From the human T2T-CHM13v2.0 reference genome, Homo sapiens, in the NCBI RefSeq assembly GCF_009914755.1, contig NC_060935.1: a DNA stretch of 64,000 nucleotides, one strand, 5' to 3'. Made by a program: the position numbers and the translations under genes. Of this stretch, positions 27,437 through 43,780 are shown piece after piece. Under the pieces are notes generated by a model that did not search any database, was not told where the DNA came from, and saw only the letters and a program-made list of their open reading frames with translations. Within the stretch, counting starts at the first letter, position 1. Every line of letters starts with the position of its first letter.

Positions 27437-28850
27437 TGATACCAGGAGTAGACCCAAGAAATATATTTTTATAATTTAAATATGGAATTGGATTGTTCAT
27501 ATATTTCAAAAATGCATAGATACCCTTCCGGTCAGAGCAAATGGGACCCTGGTAATATATGACTTAGAACATCATGCTTATAAAATGTACAGTGATAGCA
27601 GTATGGAAAGTAAAGTAAATGGAGAAGTTGTAGGAGTTAGAGTACCTTTGGCAACTTAGTATGGTGACAGTGGTGATGAAGGAGAAATTGTGCTTTGGTC
27701 TGATGCTTCTGACAAAATTAGAGGCTATATAGAGTAATAGACAAAGTGAAAACTTTTAATGCTCAATTTAGGATAGGAAGGAAAGGTATTAGCCAGTTTT
27801 AATGGTTGTGGATCATTGTCTGGGTCTGAATATAAGGGTTATAGAACTGCAGAATCAATTAAATGTTCAATCCCTCCAGCTTTCTTGTAGGGTAAGGGAA
27901 GGACTGAGACTCTGAAATATACCAATGGGGATATTTGAGCCAATACAGACAAGAAAAAGGACTTTAAATATCTAAATTTAGTTGAACTTCCCTGCTAAAG
28001 AAAACATACTGCTCTCTCCCTTTATGACCTCTGAGCTCATATAGAAAGCTAGATGCTAGCAGAGCAGGCACAGTAAAAAGGCCTGGTTTATAGGAGTTAA
28101 CCTGTATAACAACAACCACAAAAATTATATGATTATGCCAATTTGCCTCAGAAAAATCATGAGCCTATGGATGAAATTGTATTTTTTTAATTGTCAACAT
28201 TGATGCACTCACTTGAGATTTGAAGTGTTGGCTTATTTTTCCCATCTCAACCCCATCACCATTGAAGCACTCTTTTGACAGAACCGTGCAATCACCTGCT
28301 GAAAACTTAAGAGCAATGGCTGGAAGAAAAAATTCTGCAAATGTGTGGTGTTTAATTATATGATATAGTATATGCCCTAGTCAAGTGAATAACATAAGGT
28401 GAAGTCTCCACTGCAGCTAGAATATATGTGTCCAGGAGTTAAAATGTGGAAATGGAAGTGACTCTTGGCATTATTCCACGTAATAATGCTGTTGAGAAAA
28501 TTTTGCTCCCTGTCCCTTCATCATTTGTTTCAGTAAACTTAGAAACCTTGCACACAAATGGAAAAATACCTCAATCTGAGAATATGGCCATGGGACATTA
28601 TCATGTTCATGTGGGGCTCCTCATGCCATTAAACTAAGAGACAGAGAACAGGGTTACTGTATTGGTCCAAATGCTTGCTACTAATTGCATAACAGAAACT
28701 GCAATGTGAGAGCAAATAAATAGCTGAACCCTATTCAAAACACTGGGGGGATTTTTCATATTTTCATGTCAACAGCAATAGTTAACAGAAATCTATGGTA
28801 ACACAAATAAAGACAGACCCACCAAGTACTAATATTAAGAAAAAAAAATG
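27437..28850 (+). mobile_element. Decayed, deleted ERVL internal region (gag, pol and dUTPase relics)
   Basis: Primer-binding-site-like 'tgataccaggagtagaccc'. ORF 28446-28637 (VEKILLPVP...HVGLLMPLN), then 'agggttactgtattgg', resembles ERVL 'LAKFLLPVP...GHFGLLLPL..KKGVTVL'. Confidence 0.75.
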
Positions 28851-29039
28851 AAGATTTGTCACACCTTTTTTCTCCTAACCCTATTCACACTCCTGTAATC
28901 ATTCCATTCATTGAATATCTGTTTAAGGGTGTGTCATCCCTTTCTTATAGGACCAGAAATTAGATAATGACCAATCAAAGAATTACTGAAATCTAAGGTA
29001 TATCAAATGATTGTGATATCTGATACTTCTTTCATTTTT

Positions 29040-29570
29040 AAAAACAAAAATGAGATTATTTCAATTCCTGGTGCAAACTGCACATAGTCCTTGCAAATTT
29101 TCCATCCCCTGCCAGTATGATTTCACTGTTGCCTTTTTCTATGAGCTCAGGTTTCACCATTCCTCTACTTGCTCATTCTGGTCCCACTAAACAAGTCTTG
29201 CAAATTTTGGAACTTGCCAAGCTCATTTCTGCCAAGGGCCTCAACCTAAAACACCTATACCTGGGGCTTCTCATAACTTTCTCCTTGCACAGCCATTGGA
29301 TAATATTCAAATCTCACATCTCAGAAAGGCTTTTTATAACAACTCTCTAAAATATAAGTGCTTTTCTCATCATGATCTATACCTTTTCCAGTTTTATTTA
29401 TGCCCCTACTCATTATTCTGAAAGGTACAGGAGTCATTATTTGCTGACTTCTTTATTGCCCCTCATCCCTGGATGAATTTGAATTCTATGAAATGAAGAA
29501 CTTTATTTGCCTAACTTTTATATTCTGAGTTTCTAGGTCAGTTCTGATATTTAATAGATGCTAAGTGTTA
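29040..29570 (+). mobile_element. L2 3' fragment
   Basis: 'ttggaacttgccaagctcatttctgcc.agggcct', 'gaatttgaattctatgaaatgaagaacttt', 'taatagatgctaag'. Confidence 0.6.
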
Positions 29571-30992
29571 TCATTATGAACATTTCACTGTCTCAAAAGT
29601 TTTCTTAAACTTTCCTTATTTCTATGTGACTTGGCCCAAGGTGTTAATTCTTCTCTAAACCTATTTCCTCATGTACAAAAATGGGAAAAATTAATATATA
29701 CCCTGATACCTGTGAAGATGCATATGAAGGTGAATAAATATTAGAAGTCCTGCTTTATATTCTCAACGTTTTCTCTCTCTCCACTCCTAGTCTCTGAGCC
29801 TTGATGAAACCATAATATGAATCACTCCAGGCATGTTATCTAATCCACATTTCAATGAGCAACCTGGACTGTATTCAACATAAGTGCTAAATTATGTTTA
29901 AGTATAGTGTTTATACTATATAACAATTCAAATATCCTATTAAAATTGGAAGTGAAAATTGTTCTAAAATAATCTCTGCCTTCCTCAGTCTATTTTATTT
30001 TTTCACTACTCTCTTTTGTCTGATTTGCAGTCATGGGAAATCAGTACTTGTATCTAACAATGAATAGTTAATTTCTATTGTTCTTGGACAATGCTATGGT
30101 ACATCGATTACTAACAAATTAAACCACCATAGATTTAAACACTTACTGAGAGTAACTGTAATCATAACTTAGGTAACTATCATCATGTATTACATTTAGT
30201 ATATCTATAGAAATAGGATTAAGAAGACTTTTAAAGGAAATTCTATTTTAAACTAGGTCTACAATTTGTAGTCACTTAAAACCAAAATGTTAAAAAGGAT
30301 CTGCTAGTATAGATAACTACAGATATAAAGAAAACAGGGGTTAGAGGTTAGATAAAATTTAAATTTATTAAGTACCTGTAACACAGGTGTTGATGTGCAA
30401 CTTAACATGCATAGCTACCTTTAGATCTACACAAGAATTCAATGAGGTAAACATTACTATCCACATTGAAAGGCTGTCATAACCTTCTAAAAGGGGAAAC
30501 AAATAGTACGAAGAGGGTCTCTAATTCCGTGAACCAATTACATTCTCTTCTAAGCTGACTTTCAGAGTCTTTCTACCTTATTGCCATTTTAAACAAAGAT
30601 GTTAGTGATTAATTCACCTGTCCTTGGAAGCTGAATTTTGCCAAATGAATATGGGATGTATGATCACTCTTCTTTGTCACCCTCTGATGCCACATCATGA
30701 TATTCACTAACAGAAGACTCCTCCACTTAATATGTCATTCAGTAAAATTAATGTTTCTATTTTATCAGGCATGTATAAATTGGCAGTGCTTGCACTGTTA
30801 TACCGCTTTGTTTGCATGATTTTACTATTTCCTTTTCCATATAGAGAACATTCTGAGTGCCTTATTGATGCATAGTCATAATATGGAACATTTGCGTGGT
30901 ACTTTGTGGTTCACAAAACAGTTTTAGCAGATTATCTCATTTTATCCCTGCATGTTACTGTTTAGATGCAGAAAATATTTGTTTTCCTTTCT

Positions 30993-30994
<2 letters not shown>

Positions 30995-31040
<46 letters not shown>
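30995..31040. repeat. (GT)23 microsatellite in an Alu tail
   Basis: Pure GT run of about 46 bp. Confidence 0.97.
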
Positions 31041-31041
<1 letters not shown>

Positions 31042-31091
31042 AGAGTTTCACTCTCGTTGCCCAGGCTGGAGTGTAATGGCGCGATCTTGGC
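31041..31091 (-). mobile_element. Severely 5'-truncated Alu (Sp/Sq-like 3' end)
   Basis: 'cagagtttcactctcgttgcccaggctggagtgtaatggcgcgatcttggc'; TSD gcagaaaatattt at 30968-30980 and 31090-31102. Confidence 0.9.
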
Positions 31092-31399
31092 AGAAAATAT
31101 TTAATGAGGAATTACAGTTGTCTCTGCCCTTGAGATTTTCAAATTTGCTGGAAAAACAAGAAAGTAGGAAAAAGGAATTGAGTTATAGAATAATTTAGGT
31201 TAACACTGATTTCCATAGCAGCACGGCGAAACTTGGGGTGGGAGAAATCAGGGAAATACTCTTTTCTGTGGAGAATCTTGAGATGCGACTAAAGACATTC
31301 CAGGCAGACCTAGGTCCAAGCGCAAAGCTATACAAATTTAAGAAGACAGGCTTAGTTATAGGAATCAGAAATATCCCATGAATCAGGATATCATGAGAG

Positions 31400-31640
31400 T
31401 TACGAGTACTAATCTGGAAACAGATGGTCTGGGTTCATGGAACAGCTTTTGACACTTAGTTGTATAAATTTGAGCAAGCTACGAATTCTGTGTGTCTTGA
31501 TTTCTTAATCTGTAAAATCTGGATTATCGTATTAGCCTCATAAAATTGTTATAAGGATTTAAAAACTTAATACATCTAAAACACCAAAAAAATGCTTCTT
31601 AACACAGTATAAGCACTCTATAAAGATCAATTGTTAGTTA
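31400..31640 (+). mobile_element. MIR
   Basis: 'ctgggttca...tgagcaagcta...tttcttaatctgtaaaat...ttgttataaggattta'. Confidence 0.65.
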
Positions 31641-33007
31641 TCATGACCAAATTGTGGGAAGATGTTAATACAGTAGAGAGAGATGAGATTTCTAATATGG
31701 CAGATACTGTCTCCGCTTTATACATGCATAAAACTAAACTTTCTAAAGTCATAAGTTATAAGTATGCGATGTATCTCCTCTTACTACACTTCTATACTAT
31801 TTCAGGTTACTGTTTTTTTCCTCAAACATAATACAGTCAGAGATCGTTGTAACATGATTTCCTAAGTAAAACTGCCTGCTAAACTGCACTTCGGCTGCAG
31901 ATAGTCCCTTGTGGTAAACACAATGCTTATGGTTTCCCTAGATCTACTTGACAATGAATACGGATGCGGTTTAGCCTTAATCCTCATCTCTTCCCCTGGA
32001 AGTCATAGGCTTCTCCAGTAAAGATGTAAGCATCATTAAAACAATGCAAATGCCCTAGACTTTTGTTCCCTTAGGATGGATACTGAAATGAAAGTTTCCA
32101 ACAGCAAGGCTTAGATTCACAAATAACACAATTCCCTTTACAGATAGAAATCGCCTTCTACTCAAAGCCCCAGCATGAACAGAAATGCATTTGTAAAATA
32201 TTGTCATTGATTATCACTTTAAATCAGAGAACTTTCTATTTTAGACTTTGCCCACTTGATCTAATTCTACTCTCTTCCCTCTACCTAATTTCACTTGTGG
32301 TGATCCCTGACTGTCAGGTTATATAGAATTCAATTGAATTGCTTAAATATTAGCCTGCCTTCTTTATCACAAGGATTTTGTCCTCTTTGAGAAAATAAAA
32401 CTCTCTTTGAGATTTCCACACATATCTACTCTTACACATTCTCTTTTACTTATTTATGTAGAAGTTGATGGAAGATGGAGAGAGATTCAAACTTTCTCAC
32501 ATTCCAACAAGAGTCCGCTAGGGTCCTCTGTGTTGTCCACATGTTCCAAACATTGAAAAGAATTACATTAAAAAACTCAATATAAAAAGACATCTAGCTT
32601 TTCAAGAAATGTTGCCCTATGCTACTTATAATTATTCTTTTCACATTTATTGTTTTACTACCTCAACATTTTGTTGTTGTGTGAGATCTTGTGTCAGAAT
32701 ATTCTGTGCCTCCTTCTACAATGGCAGACTACCAACACATTAGTTTAAATATGTTTACATGGCTGTTTCAGTGACACACAAGGAAAATTCTATTACCGTG
32801 TGTAAATTTGCCAATATCCACCTAGAAATAAATTGCAATTTATATATTATATACGTATTATTTATATAAATTACACTTTTATGATTTGAGCTATTGCTTG
32901 AGTATTACCTCTTCTCCACCTACAACTTTCTCAAGAGTATTGTAAATGCTGTTATAAAAAATAAATATCAAAATATATAATGTCTCAGATATAAAAATAT
33001 AATTTTG

Positions 33008-33292
33008 GCTTGGTGCCGTGGCTCAGGCCCATAATCCCAACATGTTGAGAGGCAGAGGTGAGAGAATCACTTGAGGCTATGAGTTTGAGACTAGCCTAGG
33101 CAACATGGCAAAACCCCATCTCTATCACCAATTAAAAAATTAGCTACGCATGGTGGCGCACACTTGTAGTTCCCACTACTTGGGAGCCTGAGGTGAGAGA
33201 ATCACTTGAGCACAGGAGATCAAGGCTGCAGTGAGCTATGATCATGCCACTGAACTCCAGCTTGAGCCACAGAGCTAGACCCTGTCTCAAAT
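33008..33292 (+). mobile_element. AluJ lacking a poly(A) tail
   Basis: 'gagatcaaggctgcagtgagctatgatcatgccactg', 'gaccctgtctcaaa'. Confidence 0.92.
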
Positions 33293-33296
33293 ATAT

Positions 33297-35073
33297 AGTA
33301 TTAAGCCTAGTAACCATTGGTTATTTTTCCTAATCTTCTCACTCCTCGCACCCTCCACCCTCCTACAAGCCTCAGTGTGTGTTGTTCTCCTCTATGTGTC
33401 TATATAGTCTCATCATTTAGCTTCCACTTATAAGTGAGAACATGCGGTATTTAGTTTTCTGTTCTTGCTCTAGTTTACTAAGGATAATGGCCTCCAGGTC
33501 CATACATGTTCCTGCAAAGGACATGATCTCGCTTTTTCTTTATGGTTGCATAGTATTCCATGGTACATATGTACCATGTTTTCTTTATCTAGCCTATCAT
33601 TGATGAGCATTGAGGCTGATTTCATGTCTTTGCTATTGTGAATAGTGCTGCAATGAACATATGCATGCACATGCCTTTAAAACAGAACGATTTATATTTT
33701 TTAAGGTATATATCCAGTAATGGGATTGCTGGGTTGAATGGTATTTCTGTCTTTAGTTCTCTGAGCAATCATCACCCTGTCTTCCACAATGGCTGAACTA
33801 ATTTACACTCTCATCAACAGTGTATAAGCAATTCTTTTTCTCTACAACCTCGCCAGCATCTGTTATTTTTTGACTTTTAAATAATAGCCATTCTGACTGG
33901 TGTGAGATGGCATCTCGTTGTGGTTTTGATTTGCATTTTCTAATGATCAGTGATGTTGAGCTTTTCTTTGTTTGATTGTTGGCTGTGTGCATGTCTACTT
34001 TTGAAAAGTTTCTGTTCGTGTCCTTTGCCCACTTTTTAATGGGGTTGTTTTTATCTTGCAAACATGTTTAAGTTCCTTATAGATGCTGGATATTTGACCT
34101 TTGTGAGATAGGTAGACTGAAAAATTTTTTTCCATTCTATAGGTTGTCTGTTTACTCTGTTGACAGCTTCTTTTGCTGTGCAGAAGCTCTTTTAGATCCC
34201 ATTTGTCAATTTTTGCTTTGTTGTAATTGTTTTTGGTGTCTTCATCAGGAAATCTTTACCCATGTCTATGTCCTGAATGATATTGCCTAGGTTGTCTTCA
34301 GAGTTTTTATAGTTTTGAGTTTTACATTTAAGTCTTTAATCCATCTTGAGTTAATTTTTGTATATGGTGTTAGGAAGGGGTCCAGTTTTAATCTTCTGCA
34401 TATGGCTAGCCAGTTCACCCAGCACCACTTATTGAATAGGAAATCATTGTTTCCATACCAGTGCCATGATGTTTTGGTTACTGTAGTCCTGTAGTATAGT
34501 TTGAAGTTGGTTGCATGATGTCTACAGCTTTGTTCTTTTGCTTAGGATTGCCTTGGCTATTTGGGCTCTGTTTTGGTTCCATGTGAATTTTAAAATAGTT
34601 TTTTTCCTAGTTCTGTGAAGAATGTCTATGGTAGTTTAATAGGAATAACATTGAATCTATAAGTTGTCTTGGGCAGTCTGGGCATTTTAACAATATTGAT
34701 TATTTCTATTCATGAGCATGGAATGTTTTTCCATTTGTTTGTGTTATCTCTGATTTCTTTAAGCAGTGGCTTATAGTTCTCCTTGTAAATATATTTTGCC
34801 ACCCTATTTAGGTATATTCCTAGATATTTTATTCATTTTTTTGCAATTGTGAATGGAACTTTGTCCATGATTTGTCTCTCAGCTTGACTGTTGTTGGTGT
34901 ATAGGAATGCTAATAATTTTTGCACACTGATTCTGTATCCTGAGAGTTTGCTGAAGTTGTTAATCAGCTTAAGAAACTTTTAGGCTGAGACGATGAGGTT
35001 TGCTAGATATAAGAGCATGTCATGTGCAAACAGGGATAGTTTAACTTCCTCTCTTCCTATTTGGATGCCCTTT
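33297..35073 (-). mobile_element. L1PA13-16-like 3' UTR and ORF2 C-terminal region
   Basis: Antisense L1; ORF 33798-34061 ([15 protein letters not shown]); internal deletion near 34445. Confidence 0.92.
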
Positions 35074-37746
35074 TCAAATACTTTTCCTTGTTTGCCAGTG
35101 TTCTTTTAAACTTGTTTATGATGTCATTTCATCTCCGAATGAGTTTGAGAATTTGTTTTGTTTTTAATTCATGTGGGTCAAATTAATGATGTCGTTTATG
35201 AATTCTAAACTGAGCTTCTTAAAAAAGTTATATAAAATTCAGATTTTTTAAAAAATTATACCTTCACGTTTTTGTTATTTGTATTTATTGATTTTATTCA
35301 CAATGAATTTATTTTTGTATATGGTAGTAGATAGAAATCTATGCCTATGTCCTTTTTTAGGTAAAGTAACACAAACATCATTTATAGAGTATCTTTTTTA
35401 TTTATAGATTTTATAGAATATTTTTTAGAAAAATGGTGATTTTTAAAGTAACATTTAAACCTACATATAGCCTTACAGGAACAATTGAAATCCATTCACT
35501 TTGAAAGCAATTAATCTTTTAGGACACACTCAAAATTGAGACAAATTGACATATAAAAAATCAAATTAAGAGAAATGTTATAATTATTTGTATATTTTTA
35601 TTATAGAAAATTCTAGACATATGCACAAGTGGAGTGAATAATGTAACAATTTATTTTTAAATAAATTCAATCTCTAAAATCATTTCAACAGTAAACTTTT
35701 CAGTTTTTGTATCTCTAAATAAAATTTCTTTTTAAAAATCAAATACAGTAATAATAAATATAAATACTAAATAATTATTACTAAAATAATAGTAATACAA
35801 AGATTTTTTCTTTAATAATAATGGATAGATATATGCTTTGAGCTAAATATACGTTCCACAGAATCTCTTCTACTTTCTATGTCCAAATATACCAGAAAGA
35901 AATTCTTATGTTTAAATCAGTAGCTAGTAATTTGAAGACCCCGCCAAGATCGTTAATTATTTGGAAATCAGTATGTTCACTTTGATTGGTGAAACAGAAG
36001 ACACATACAACAGATTAATATGCATTGTGATGAGGGTCTTAGGAGAAGTAACCCCAAAGTTCTGTGGGGACGCAAAGAAGGAAGCTATAAATAAGCCTAA
36101 GCACAACGGTTTATTTTTCTAAAGAAAGGAATTTCTTGAGCTTATCGTTAAAGAACAAAGATGAGTGAGCCATTTAATGAAAAGGGGAGAAGGACCTTCC
36201 TTGATGGCAACAGGTAAATTAAAAAAGAAAAAAAACAGAAGTAAAAACTATGCATGAATAAAATACAGGTAGGAAAACAGTGATATGATTCATTTATGCA
36301 ATACTGTAATTATTTATTGTGGAGCACAAACAGTATGTGAAATAGAAAAGAAACTAGAAGTTCTCAGATTCCTCTGATATGTACCAAATACTTTACAAAT
36401 ATTAATTCCTTTAATCCTCCTCATATCTCTATTTGCTAGATTATCATTATCTGCATTTTATGGATAAGAAAATAGAAAGTGAGAAATAAATAACATGCCA
36501 AAGGTCATTCTTCACTGGGAAAAAAATTTAATTTGTCTTATTTTTAGTGAGTGCTTAAAATATATTTACCAGTGTGGAGCACCATTGTACCATCCTACGA
36601 AAATTATTAGGAGAGTCACCACTGTGGAGGAACTCAAGATGTGAAGGTATGTGTGTTCATCCACAGGGAATTACACCTTATGACTTAGTTTAGAGAACAA
36701 TTTAACATTTTTCTTTTCTGTACAAAATAAAACCAACAACCGAAAATACAGCATTTGTCTTTGTCAAAATTTCTTTTTGTTCTTTTTGGTAAGATGTCCA
36801 TCATGGGTAATGCCAAGTAGCCACCTTGAAAACAGGTTTATTTTCTGAGATAGAAACATAAGTGATTTATCCACCGCTACAAAACAGACCTGAGGCAGAT
36901 CCTGATGGTTGCTGGCTTTCTTTCCTCTTGAAAGATCCATGTGGGCAGCTTCCTTCATTTTATTACTAATGGAAACAAATAATTGATGCACTGAATGCCA
37001 AGATTTGGACTCCAAACTTTTATCACTTCTAGCCTTTCACAGCTGTTGTATTACCCATCTCTTGACACTTATTGCAATTATGTTTTGTGAACAAGGCACT
37101 TTATTGTTCAGTAATGTGAGTTGTTTCTAGTATTTACCACAAACATTTCTGTTTGCAATTGGGTGAGATGAGCTGCAAGGTGTGGAAATGCAGCTGCCCT
37201 GACAGAATGATGAATATTAGTGTCCTTCAATTGAGGCTCCCTGCATTTCACTGGAATAGAAAAATTATTTTTTCTTTTTGCATTTATTCATTAAGAATAC
37301 AGAAAGAAATGTCTCCCAGATTCTTTCGTTTATCCTGTGGCTTTCTCAGATTTGTTCAGGTTCAACCTGGAGAGCTTAATATCTTTCAAATCCATTCTGC
37401 TCTCCTTCCAAAACATGATTAGCAACAATGAATATTAAGTGAAATATTCATCTCACATTATTCACCAGTCTTTGAAATCATTGGCCACGGGAAGACGGAT
37501 CACTGCTAAAGTGCAGAAGAAATCCATTTACTTTTCCAAAGCTGGGCTAGACTGGTGTTGTTTTTTCCTCCTGTCCCTCCTTCTCTCCATCAATATAAAT
37601 TTTAAATGACTTTCAGGATCATCTCAGGTTTTACCTCCTTTAGAATAGCTTCCAGCAGAAACAATATAATTTTAAAAGTGATTCTGTGTTCCCACTATTC
37701 TAATTCATTCAATCACCCTCATAAGCCAGTTAGATCTGGATTGAAA

Positions 37747-38073
37747 TTTCTTTATCCAATCTATCATTGATGGGCATTTGGGTTGATTCCAAGTCTTTGC
37801 TATTGTGAATAGTGCTGCAATGAACATACACGTGCAGGTATCTTTATAATATAATGATTTCTATTCATTTGGGTATATACTCAATAATGGGATTGCTGGG
37901 TCAAATGGTATTCCTGGTTCTAGTTCTTTGAAGAATCGCCACACTGTCTTCCACAATGGTTGAACTAATTTCCATTCCCACCAACAGTGTAAAACTATTC
38001 CTATTTCTCCACAGGCTTTCCAGCATCTGTTGTTTCTTGACTTTTTAATAATCACCATTCTGACTGGTGTAAG
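37747..38073 (-). mobile_element. Isolated internal L1P fragment (ORF2 C-terminus)
   Basis: ORF 37861-38058 [37 protein letters not shown]....PFDPAIPLL.IYP. Confidence 0.92.
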
Positions 38074-39002
38074 AAACTGAATACTTACATTGTTTCATGG
38101 CTTCAATACAAAAAAAAATGCAGACAATTAGAAGTCTGAGAAGTCACTGGAAGGGGAGTCCTCCAATTAATCTATAAGTTTATCTTTGCTCAGAAGAAAT
38201 TTGCAAGTGTATGTGTGTAAAAGTGTACATACGAGAGGGAGGGAGAGGTTGGCAGTGCATACAAGATTAGAATTGAATTGAGCTATTCCTCTTTGACAAA
38301 AGGATTACATACAAGATAAAACAATTAGGGCATATTTCAAGGAGATGATAAGAAATCTAGTCCTAATAAAGTTTAAAAGTGGGCACTTTTAAGGTTGCTT
38401 AAGTAGACTGAGGACATATTATATATTTGTGGTGAGGTATGTTGGGTTGGCGAGACGGGGAATGGTCCTTGAATGCTTCAAGGAGGATTATTCCCAATTC
38501 AGTTTTGGACTAAAGGCATATTTCTGAGTGGATACTCATGTGTACATTATCATTGTGGAAAATCAGGTAATTTGAATGCAAAAGATACGAATTTGAAATC
38601 CAGAGCCATCGCTTATTAGTTGTGTTATCTTCATTTAATTACTTATTTTCCTGAACATTATTTTTCTTCAGTCTATAATAAAGAAGATAATACTACTTTA
38701 GTGATTTTGGTGAGAATGAAGTAAGATTAGGGACATATCAGTGCTTTAAAAATTAATATATAGGTCATACGTGTTTATATCATTTCTATTTATCTTTTGA
38801 TGGTGCCTATGCTGTTGTTATAAGTCTATTATAGCTAATTAATTGTGAATGAATAGATATCTTGGAGAGGAGAAAAGTAAAAGAAAATATTTAGTCAGAC
38901 TTTCAGAGCTCTGAAAATGTGAAAAAACAAAGGCTTTGTGTTCTGTATTTTCTTGGATTTTGTATTTGCCTATTTGGCATATATGTGTCAAAGAGCCAAT
39001 CC

Positions 39003-39540
39003 TATTAACATTATTTTCTTATTTTCTGTATTCTTGACGCTCTGGCACTTGGGATCTCACAGACACCAAGAGACACTATCCCTCTCAGGGTTAGCAAACT
39101 CCTAAAGAAAGTAAGAACTTGCCTAGGAGCATGCTTTTCATATGCAAATCTACTAATCCCAAGTTTATACCTCCCAACTACCTCCTTATCTAACTCACTC
39201 CAAGCTAATATTTCCCCTTCTCAAGGCCAGGTGCCAGACAACCAAATACCATCCTTACAGCCCAAAGCTTGCCAGGTTATTCAAGCTAGCCAATTCTGAA
39301 CTGTTTACTCTGCCCTGTCTTGCCTTCCCTTGGAAACCCTAATAAAGGCAGTGGCCTATACTCCCCACATAGCTCCTGTTTTCTGCTTCCTGAACGTTTG
39401 CTGTTTTTCCTTGTCACCCTGAAGAGCACGCAGTGAGCCCCTCTCTGGGACTCTTGAATATAATAAACTTCTTCCTTCCAAACCACATTCCCATCTCCGC
39501 CTGTTTCTCTGAATTTACAATACTATATCCAGCATGTACA
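39003..39540 (+). mobile_element. MER74-like ERVL solo LTR (last bases resume after the L1, near 42350)
   Basis: 'ttattttctgtattcttgacgctctggca', 'ttttcatatgcaaa', 'ggccaggtgccagacaac', 'ttattcaagctagccaat', 'ggaaaccctaataaaggc'. Confidence 0.8.
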
Positions 39541-42333
<2,793 letters not shown>

Positions 42334-43780
42334 AGCATGTACGTTTTTAAAATGCTTTGAGTTACTGAGCCTTGAAGTAACTGACTAGGAATTATCATGT
42401 ACTCCAATTGTACTGCCCCAAAATTGAAAGAGCCTAGAAAGATACTGTTCATATTTATATATTAGTATTTCTAAATTAGAGTCTTGCTTATAAGAAACAT
42501 GTTCATATTTCTAGTGTCTATGGCACAATAACATTTTGGGAACTTCACAACTATTTTTTAAACTGCAAATGAATATAGGAATATTCATTTAAGTCTTACT
42601 CTTTTCAAAAGAAGCTTATTGAACATTTGCTACGGCTTCTCTATGCCAAGCACTGATAGGTTCTGCAGTTAAAAAAAAAAAAAAAAGGTAAACATCACTC
42701 TTTGACCCTATAAACTTACAATGTATTGAATATACACTGTATATATTCATATATATACATATATATTATTGAATAGCTGTGTAAATATATAATTCAAAAT
42801 ATGATAATTGGTATAGAGAAGAAATACAATGTGCTAAGAGAGTATCTAATCCAAGGCTCAATGAGTTGTGAATGATGGAGAGGAGATGAAAAAAGCAGAG
42901 TGGACAGCTTGTTAAGTCATTGTATGGAAACAGAGGATATGTACAAGGAATTTAATGATCAGTGGAGCAGTGAAAGTAGAGAATGATACAAGGTGTTTCT
43001 GGGGAACATTGAAGAGAAACTTTTCTACCATCTTTATGTTTTTATGAAAGGGGACGTCAATTAGACGAGAATTTTAAATTAGGGAATTTTAAATTGTGTC
43101 AATTAGACACAATTACCCACTGTGTTCAATGTTCATAGATCTGCAAATTTAAAAGACCGTGTCTTGAAAAATGAAAGTATAATCTATTCACAGTATGCAA
43201 AAAAAAATTGTGATGACTTACGGATGAAGAGATATGGAGGTGCTGAAAAGACTTAACTTGGTACAGCTGTGTAGTGAAAGAGGCCACAGGACTCAAGCAT
43301 TTCAGGACCTAATGACAGGAACATAATCTCCATCTTATTGCAACTAGCACAAGGCTCCAAATGATACATGGGATAAAACAAAACTTGGCAGAGTCTAGCA
43401 CACGACCATGGAATCAGGCCATGCCAAGCTCTTTACTATGAAAATGTTAAGGCCCAGGCAAAAGCAGCCCAATTAAAGGTCTATACATCTTCATCTATGA
43501 AGGTACATAATCCACTGTGCTTATATTAAAACTTTGGTAAAGAAAAGGGGGCAAAGAAACTCTTAAGATAATAGAAAAGAACCCTGAAAAGGAGTTTGGA
43601 ATCTGAATTTACTGAGAATTTACTCCAACATGACTGAACTGGTTAGAAATTTCTTTCTTTTATACCTAAAGAATCTAAGTTTATTAGATTCTTTATTATT
43701 TAAGAACTATGTATGTGAGATTATTTATTTTTTTCTTGTGGTATTAAATAAAAGTGAGTCCCCAGGAAAAAGTTTGTTAT

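Noticed and set aside
38068-38083. 16-bp match tgtaagaaactgaata, also at 52845-52860
   Set aside because: About the longest match expected by chance in 64 kb of AT-rich sequence.
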